Part shown: piece by piece, positions 58,110 to 64,000 of the stretch
Layout: each line of letters opens with the position of its first letter
Position numbering within the stretch: position 1 is the first letter of the stretch
Assembly (NCBI GenBank): GCA_050732935.1
Contig: JBOHRW010000224.1
Coordinates: 2,220 to 66,219, forward strand
Source: Gemmatimonadota bacterium
Lineage (GTDB): Bacteria; Gemmatimonadota; Gemmatimonadetes; JACCXV01; JAHWKZ01
Reading direction: 5' to 3'
Length of the DNA: 64,000 nt
Notes under the pieces: model-generated
Seen by the model: the letters and a program-made list of their open reading frames with translations, nothing else
Databases searched by the model: none
What the model was told of the DNA's origin: nothing
Translations under genes and position numbers: made by a program

Positions 58110-58240
58110 CGGCGGTCGGATGGGCGACCTTGGTCGTCGTCTGCGGATTCATCTGGGGAGGCGCCCTCACGCTGGTGACGATCGCCATGCGGAAGGAAGG
58201 CCGGAAGCGCGGGACCGCGTCGGAAGCGCCGGAGCCCTGA
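58106..58240 (+). CDS. Small single-TM protein, MetS-like NSS accessory subunit
   Basis: Not in the ORF track; GTGA overlap; MTAVGWATLVVVCGFIWGGALTLVTIAMRKEGRK (44 aa). Confidence 0.75.
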   Translation: MTAVGWATLVVVCGFIWGGALTLVTIAMRKEGRKRGTASEAPEP

Positions 58241-58839
58241 TCCGGATCGGCGCGACCCTTTTCCTGTCCGGATGGCTCCATGCCTTCGCGGGGGTGGCGG
58301 CGGCGCAGGGAGGTGGAGAGGCGAGCCCGTCGGGGCTCGAGGCGACGGCGGCGATCGCGGCTCTCCACACCGACCGGGACCTGGCCGCGCGCCACGACCC
58401 CGTCTGGACCCCCGTCGTCGAGGGCCGGATCGCCTGGCGCGTCACGCCACTGGTGGCGATCGGGATCGGGGCGTGGGTAGGGGCCGTGGACGCGGCGGCC
58501 GACACGCTGGACGACAAGCCCCCCGAGAGCCGCTCGCTCCGGGGTGTCGGCCTGGCCCTCGACCTGGCGCCGCTGGCCGACCGGGGAATCGGCACCCAGC
58601 CCGTCCTGCGCTTCGGCATCGAATCCGTGGCCGTCGACGACCGCCTCGATCGCGGCCCGGCCTTTCTCTTCGGCGCCGGCCTCGAGCATGGCCTCGGGCG
58701 TTCGTGGGCGATCGCCGGCCGCGTCGAGAACCGCTTCCTGACAATCGAGCGGGAGTCCGTGGACGGCGTCGCCACGAGCCGCGACGTCGCCTTGTGGTCG
58801 GTCGGCGTCTCGCTCGCCTGGGGGGCCGGACGATCGTGA
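58237..58839 (+). CDS. Outer-membrane beta-barrel protein (probable CTG start)
   Basis: Signal peptide ending AAAQ begins at a CTG overlapping the upstream TGA; alternating strands; terminal SLAW. Confidence 0.65.
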   Translation: MIRIGATLFLSGWLHAFAGVAAAQGGGEASPSGLEATAAIAALHTDRDLAARHDPVWTPVVEGRIAWRVTPLVAIGIGAWVGAVDAAADTLDDKPPESRSLRGVGLALDLAPLADRGIGTQPVLRFGIESVAVDDRLDRGPAFLFGAGLEHGLGRSWAIAGRVENRFLTIERESVDGVATSRDVALWSVGVSLAWGAGRS

Positions 58840-59483
58840 GCTCATCGAATCAGCCCGCCGACACGACGCTCCCGGCTCCTCCACGGCGGGACGCCGCGCG
58901 CCTGCTGCTGGTCCGTCACGGCGAGACGGAGTACAACCGAGAGGGTCGCTGGCAGGGGGCGGGGTCCGACCCGCCCCTCAACTCGGAGGGTCGCCGCCAG
59001 GCGGGGGAGCTCGCCCGGCGGCTCGCGGGGCGCCCGGTGGCGGCGCTCTACACTTCGCCACAGCGGCGAGCGCGGGAGACCGCGGTCATCCTGGGTGATC
59101 CGCTCGGGCTCGATCCGCTCCTCGTGCCCGAGCTCCGGGAGCTCCATCACGGGGAATGGGAGGGGAAGACCCAGGCCGAGGTGGTCCGTGGATGGCCCGA
59201 CGAGTACCGCGCCTATGAGGCGGATCCACGACACACTCCACGGCCGGGCGGCGAGACCTACGAAGAGCTGGGAGAGCGCCTCTGGCCGGCCCTGGAGCGC
59301 CTCGCGGACCGGCACCGGGGTCGGGAGATCGCCTGCGTGACCCATGGCGGACCGATCCGGCTCGTTCTGAGCCGCGTCCTCGATCGTCCCCTCACCGAGC
59401 GCCACGAGTTCGGCGTGGACAACGGGAGCGTCTTCGCGGTGGAGGAGTCGGGCCGCGTCTGGCGCCTCCCCCCGGACGCTTGA
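58836..59483 (+). CDS. Histidine phosphatase family protein
   Basis: LVRHGET, YTSPQRRA, LRELHHGEWEG and VTHGG. Confidence 0.92.
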   Translation: MSSSNQPADTTLPAPPRRDAARLLLVRHGETEYNREGRWQGAGSDPPLNSEGRRQAGELARRLAGRPVAALYTSPQRRARETAVILGDPLGLDPLLVPELRELHHGEWEGKTQAEVVRGWPDEYRAYEADPRHTPRPGGETYEELGERLWPALERLADRHRGREIACVTHGGPIRLVLSRVLDRPLTERHEFGVDNGSVFAVEESGRVWRLPPDA

Positions 59484-59520
59484 GCGATTCGGGGGCGCAA
59501 CGGCCCTCGATGGTCGAACC

Positions 59521-60306
59521 TTACGACTTCAACCGATACCCGATGCGGAACAGGTACACCGTCCACCCGAACAGCCCCGCCGCCAGGCCCGCCGACAGCA
59601 GGAACGACGCCCACGGGCTCGTGTCGGCCACTCCCAGGACGCCGAACCGCAGACCGTTCACCATGTAGAAGATCGGGTTGAACATCGACAGCTCGCGCCA
59701 GAAGGGCGGCAGCATGTGGATCGAGTAGAAGACGCCGCCCAGGAAGACGAGCGGGGTGATCAGGAAGTTGAGCAGCAGCATCACGTGGTCCCAGGACTCG
59801 GCCCAGAGCGCCATGATCAGCCCGGCGCACGAGAGCAGCGCGCTCACCACCACCATGAACGCCAACGTCACCATCCAGTGAGCCATGGGCAGGTCGGCGA
59901 AGAGGAGCCCGACCAGCAGCACCACCGTACCCACCGCGAGCCCTCGCACCATGGCGCCGATCGTGTAGGCCAGGACGATCTCCCAGTACGACATCGGCGC
60001 GATGAGGACATCGTCGATGTAGCCCTCGTGGCGGGCCATGAACAGCGACGAGGAGGAGTTCGCGTAAGAGCTGGTGATGACCCCCATCATCGCCAGGCCC
60101 GGCAGGATGTACTCCGTGTAGGGGAATCCATCGATGAGGCGGATCCGGGAGCCCAGCGCCTCGCCGAAGATCAGGATGTAGAGCAGCGGCGTCAGGACCG
60201 CCGGGAAGAGGGTCTGCTTCCACAGGCTCAGGAACCGCGTCACCTCGCGCCGGGTCAACGTCCAGAAGCCGATCGCCCACTCGCGGCGATAGCCGGTCTC
60301 GATCAC
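59521..60306 (-). CDS. ABC-2 type transporter permease (YadH-like)
   Basis: YTEYILPGL, SYANSSSS, FLGGVFYS and NPIFYMVNGLR. Confidence 0.92.
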   Translation of the reverse strand: MIETGYRREWAIGFWTLTRREVTRFLSLWKQTLFPAVLTPLLYILIFGEALGSRIRLIDGFPYTEYILPGLAMMGVITSSYANSSSSLFMARHEGYIDDVLIAPMSYWEIVLAYTIGAMVRGLAVGTVVLLVGLLFADLPMAHWMVTLAFMVVVSALLSCAGLIMALWAESWDHVMLLLNFLITPLVFLGGVFYSIHMLPPFWRELSMFNPIFYMVNGLRFGVLGVADTSPWASFLLSAGLAAGLFGWTVYLFRIGYRLKS

Positions 60307-61301
60307 GCGGCCTCCTCGGGACTCTCCGGCGAGGACTCCGCGTCGGGCCCGGCGATGGCCGTATCGACGTCGATCGAGCGACCGGTCAGTCGGATGAAGA
60401 CCTCCTCCAGGCTGGACTCGACGATCCGTACCTCGTCGATCTTGAGCTCCGCTGCGTAGAGGGTGTTCAGAACCTCGGGCAGGATCCGCCGCGGGTGCGC
60501 GGCGGCGATCGACATGAGCCGCCCCTCGAGGCTCGGTGCGTAAGCTTGGAGCGTCGGAGGAAGCCCGTTCTCGGGGAGGCTGTTGAGCTCGATCTCGAGG
60601 CGCCGGTGGCCGCCTGTCTCCACCAGCCGCTCCGGCGATCCCTGGGTGACGATCCGCCCGCGATCGATGATCGCCACCTCGTCGCAGAGAGTCTCCGCTT
60701 CCTCGATGTAGTGGGTCGTGAGGAGGACGGTCTTGCCGCGCCGGTTCAGTTCCCGGAGGTAGCTCCAGAGAGAGCGCCTAAGCTCTACGTCGACGCCGGC
60801 CGTCGGCTCGTCCAGGATCAGGATCTCCGGATCGTGGATCATGGCCTTGGCGATCAGGAGCCGGCGCTTCATTCCTCCCGATAGCTTGTGGACCTTGGTG
60901 TCCGCCTTCTCGGTGAGCCCGAAGCGCTCGAGGAGGCGATCGGCCCGCGCGGTGGCGTCGTCGCGGGGGATCCCGTAGTAGCCGGCCTGCAGCACCAGGA
61001 TCTCGCGGATCGGGAAGAACCGGTCGAAGTGGAACTCCTGGGGAGCGAGGCCGATCGCCCGCCGCGTCTGCCGGTAGTCGCGTTCCGCGTCCCGGCCCAG
61101 CACGTGTACGGTTCCCCGACGGAACGTCACCAGTCCGGTCAGGATGTGGATGGTGGTCGACTTACCGGCGCCGTTCGGCCCCAGCAGGCCGAAGAACTGA
61201 CCCTGGCGGAGGGTGAGATCGATCCCCCGGAGGGCGTCGACGAAGCCGTAGCTCTTGTGCAGATCACGGATCCGGATAGCGGGCGGGTTCCCTTCGCTCA
61301 T
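60303..61301 (-). CDS. ABC transporter ATP-binding protein (YadG-like)
   Basis: GPNGAGKST, LSGGMKRR, ILDEP and TTHYIEEA. Confidence 0.95.
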   Translation of the reverse strand: MSEGNPPAIRIRDLHKSYGFVDALRGIDLTLRQGQFFGLLGPNGAGKSTTIHILTGLVTFRRGTVHVLGRDAERDYRQTRRAIGLAPQEFHFDRFFPIREILVLQAGYYGIPRDDATARADRLLERFGLTEKADTKVHKLSGGMKRRLLIAKAMIHDPEILILDEPTAGVDVELRRSLWSYLRELNRRGKTVLLTTHYIEEAETLCDEVAIIDRGRIVTQGSPERLVETGGHRRLEIELNSLPENGLPPTLQAYAPSLEGRLMSIAAAHPRRILPEVLNTLYAAELKIDEVRIVESSLEEVFIRLTGRSIDVDTAIAGPDAESSPESPEEAA

Positions 61302-61409
61302 GCGCCGGGAACCTAGCTGGACGGATCAGAAGTCGCTTGGCACGTCATCGCAGCGTATCGTTCGTCGCCATGGAGCGCTCGTCATCGCCCCGCGAGACGT
61401 GGATCGCCT

Positions 61410-61570
61410 TCGGGTCCGGACGGGACCGGGAGGGGAGGAAACCGGATCGGTGACGGATGACCGAAAGGCCCCGCCCGGGGGGCGAGGCCTTCGGTTTAGG
61501 CCAGGAGGAAACGGGCCTAACGCTACCCGAGCCCCCCGTAGTCGACCGGGACCGGAGGGCATCGGCTTCC
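61410..61570 (-). ncRNA. Candidate sRNA or structured leader with TTTCCTCC loops
   Basis: Hairpins at about 61426-61445, 61461-61494 and 61497-61520; GGAGGAAAC repeated at 61434 and 61504; promoters upstream on the minus strand. Confidence 0.4.
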
Positions 61571-61573
61571 TGC

Positions 61574-61654
61574 AGTTTACCGCCTCAGGGGGGAAAGTCA
61601 AGGGTCGTCCGACCACCCAGTCTTAATATTATCATATATTGTCATATCGCTCAA
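61574..61654 (-). promoter_or_regulatory. Two leftward sigma70-type promoters
   Basis: TTGAGC-17 nt-TAATAT with extended TGn (61654-61626) and TTGACT-16 nt-TAAACT (61601-61574). Confidence 0.6.
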
Positions 61655-61739
61655 CCCGGAACGGGGTCGCTTCGAAGGACAGATCGTGGGTTGGCCATTG
61701 CGCGACGTGGTCGAAACAGCGAAATTGTATCCACAACGT

Positions 61740-63641
61740 ATGAGGTTTCTCCCCCTGGCGCGATGGCCGGCCCTTCTCGGCGCGGCCGTGACGGTCGCGG
61801 GCTGCGCGTCGCGTGCCCCAGTCCGTCCGTCGACCCCCGAAACCCCCGTCAACTACTACGTCCGTGTCGATCAGGCGAGCGACGAGCGCTTCGACGTTTC
61901 CATGGCGGTCGACGAGTTGCGCGCCGACTCGATCGACTTCTACCTACCGGTGTGGACGCCGGGACGGTACCGCCTCGATCAGCCCACCGCCATCGAGAAC
62001 TTCTCGGTCCGGGAGGGTCACGGCGAGCCGATCGCGGTGCGCCGCCTGGGCTCGCATCGGTGGCGGCTTTACCCCGCCGGGGCGAACTACATCACGATAG
62101 GCTATCGGGTGGCCGCGTCCGCGCGTGCCGGGTCGGATCGGGCGTTCGCGACGATCCTCGGGTACGAGGGTGGATACTCGCTCGGTGCGGGCCTCTTCGG
62201 GTCGCTGACAGGGCACGAGGCACGGCCCGTGACCGTGTCTTTCGAGCTCCCCCGGGGCTGGCGCGTGATGACGCCGCTCCGCGAGGAGGGGCGGACCCGG
62301 TTTGCGGCTCCATCCTTCGACATCCTGCCCGGGACACCGTTCGTGCTCGGCGACCGGATGACCGACTACAAGCTGTTCGTGGGCGGAAAGCCCCACCAGG
62401 TCGTGATCCAGGGGGCCCCGAGAGGCTTCACGCCCGATTCGCTGCTCCGACTGGTCAGCGAGACGGTCGAGACCGGGACGCGCTTCTATGGCGTGCCGCC
62501 CTATGAGCGATATGTCTTGGCCTTCCATTTCCTCGACCCCGGCGACGCCGGGCTGGGCGCCACCGGCCAGGCGTCGGGGGCGGCGTTCTTCCTGCCACCG
62601 CTGGACGCGGACCAGGTCCGGCAGGCCGGGATCGGAACGCTGCTGCTGCACCAGTACCTGCACGCCTGGTACCCGGGGGCGTTCGGACCGGCGTCCCTGC
62701 TGGACCCCGATTTCTCCGTGCCCCCGCAGGTCAGCGAGGCCTGGCTGATCGAAGGCGCGGCCGAATACTACGCGCGGCTGCTGCCGGTGCGAGACGGCCG
62801 GGCTCCGCCCGCGACGTTCTACGATGCCATGGCCGACCTCCTCACCGTCTGGCGGGACCGGGGAGGGGGCGGAACGATCGACCCGGACGCTCTGCGCCCG
62901 GATGTGGTGGACGAGGCCGACATGGTCGTTGGCGGGGCGCTCGCGGCCATGGTCGTCGACATCGCGATCCGCGGCGACACGCGCGGCCAGCGCGGGCTCG
63001 ACGAGCTGCTCGCCTATCTCCAGCGAGGCACACCGGTGGGAGGATACCGGGAGGGTGTGTGGTCGGAGGCCGCACTGGCCCTCGGCATCCCGGAGGCCGC
63101 CCTGAGCCCCTTGATCTCCAGGTCGACGCTCTCGATCGAGGCGGGTCTCGCCCGCGCGGGGCTGCGCTCGGTCGTCAGTTCGGAGGGGAGGCAGACGCTC
63201 GGGGCGAGGCTCGTGGTGGAGGCGGCGGCGGGGACGGTCGTGGCGGATCCACAACGGGAGGCGATGGCGCTCGAGTTTGGCGTGCCGTACACGCCCGCGC
63301 GGCACTTCATCGTGCGCGACATCGAGCCCAATGGGACCGCGGCCAGCGCCGGTCTCCTGGAGGGCGACATCCTCCTCCGTATCAACGACACGCCGGTGGG
63401 CCCCGAGGAGACGATCGCCACGCGATACGCGCTGCGCCGCTACGTCCGGGAGGCCGCGCAGGGATCCCCGATAGCCTTCGACATCCTTCGCGGAGGGACA
63501 CCCCTGGAGCGGGAGGGGGTCGTGCGGAGGATCCGCGTGTCCGAGGTGACGATCGAGGAAGTCCCCGGCTCCCCGGCGACGGCCCTGGTGGTCCGGAGCA
63601 GCCTGCTGGACCGCTCCCCCCCGTCCCCCTCCAGCCGCTAG
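61740..63641 (+). CDS. M61 glycyl-aminopeptidase-like lipoprotein with PDZ domain, catalytic motif degenerate
   Basis: Lipobox VAGC; FYLPVWTPGRY; HQYLHAW instead of HExxH; WLIEGAAEYY; PDZ GTAASAGLLEGDILLRIND. Confidence 0.82.
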   Translation: MRFLPLARWPALLGAAVTVAGCASRAPVRPSTPETPVNYYVRVDQASDERFDVSMAVDELRADSIDFYLPVWTPGRYRLDQPTAIENFSVREGHGEPIAVRRLGSHRWRLYPAGANYITIGYRVAASARAGSDRAFATILGYEGGYSLGAGLFGSLTGHEARPVTVSFELPRGWRVMTPLREEGRTRFAAPSFDILPGTPFVLGDRMTDYKLFVGGKPHQVVIQGAPRGFTPDSLLRLVSETVETGTRFYGVPPYERYVLAFHFLDPGDAGLGATGQASGAAFFLPPLDADQVRQAGIGTLLLHQYLHAWYPGAFGPASLLDPDFSVPPQVSEAWLIEGAAEYYARLLPVRDGRAPPATFYDAMADLLTVWRDRGGGGTIDPDALRPDVVDEADMVVGGALAAMVVDIAIRGDTRGQRGLDELLAYLQRGTPVGGYREGVWSEAALALGIPEAALSPLISRSTLSIEAGLARAGLRSVVSSEGRQTLGARLVVEAAAGTVVADPQREAMALEFGVPYTPARHFIVRDIEPNGTAASAGLLEGDILLRINDTPVGPEETIATRYALRRYVREAAQGSPIAFDILRGGTPLEREGVVRRIRVSEVTIEEVPGSPATALVVRSSLLDRSPPSPSSR

Positions 63642-64000
63642 TAAGTCCAGGTGACGCCGCCCTCCAGGCGAAATATCGAGTTGTCCGCGAGCAGGAACTT
63701 TCCCTCCACGAAGTATTTCCACCACGTCCGCATGGGGACATCGATGCCGCCGAGCAGGATGAGGGCGACCTCGGTGTCGTCATCGTCCCCGGCGTCCTCG
63801 TCGCGGTTGACGTGCAGCAGTCCCAGCCCGCCTCCGACATAGGGATCCACGCGCGATTCGGTGGGATCTACGGCAAACAGGTAGTGCGCCTCGCCGCCGA
63901 CCAGAAAGCTGATGGCGTCGTCGCCGAGGCCGAGAACCAGCGGTGTCTGGATGCGGACCCGTTCCCAGGGCCGGCCCAGATCGAGGTGTCCGCCCAGCAG
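63638..64000 (-). CDS. Outer-membrane beta-barrel protein, 5' partial
   Basis: Open to the window end; PYVGGGLG, alternating strands, terminal VTWTY. Confidence 0.75.
   Translation of the reverse strand: MLGGHLDLGRPWERVRIQTPLVLGLGDDAISFLVGGEAHYLFAVDPTESRVDPYVGGGLGLLHVNRDEDAGDDDDTEVALILLGGIDVPMRTWWKYFVEGKFLLADNSIFRLEGGVTWTY

Overview
High-GC bacterial chromosomal window, densely coding, about 55 genes. Gene content and protein style suggest Gemmatimonadota, but that is inference only. Housekeeping core: polA, coaE, gpmI, cspA, pcm, mrcB, ppa, trkH/trkA, moaA and guaB. It also holds a MarR-TolC-MFP-RND efflux operon, NCS2, NSS and ABC transporters, and several peptidases. I found no rRNA, tRNA or CRISPR array. 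Main observations: (1) A lower-GC accessory patch at about 18.4-22.15 kb holds IS630 and IS110 relics. It also holds an N-terminally truncated JAB/MPN-like toxin-type domain followed by a LamG-FN3-small-domain protein, which is a candidate toxin/immunity pair. (2) At least six genes have conserved N-termini with no in-frame ATG/GTG/TTG and appear to start at CTG, ATC or ATT. (3) An LpoP-like TPR lipoprotein follows PBP1B. (4) Two unassigned structured RNA candidates occur near 30.8 kb and 61.5 kb. (5) An M61 peptidase homolog has HQxxH instead of HExxH. (6) A baeRF/eRF1-like protein lacks GGQ. (7) There are several deletion pseudogenes. All family assignments come from motif recognition by eye, not from database searches.
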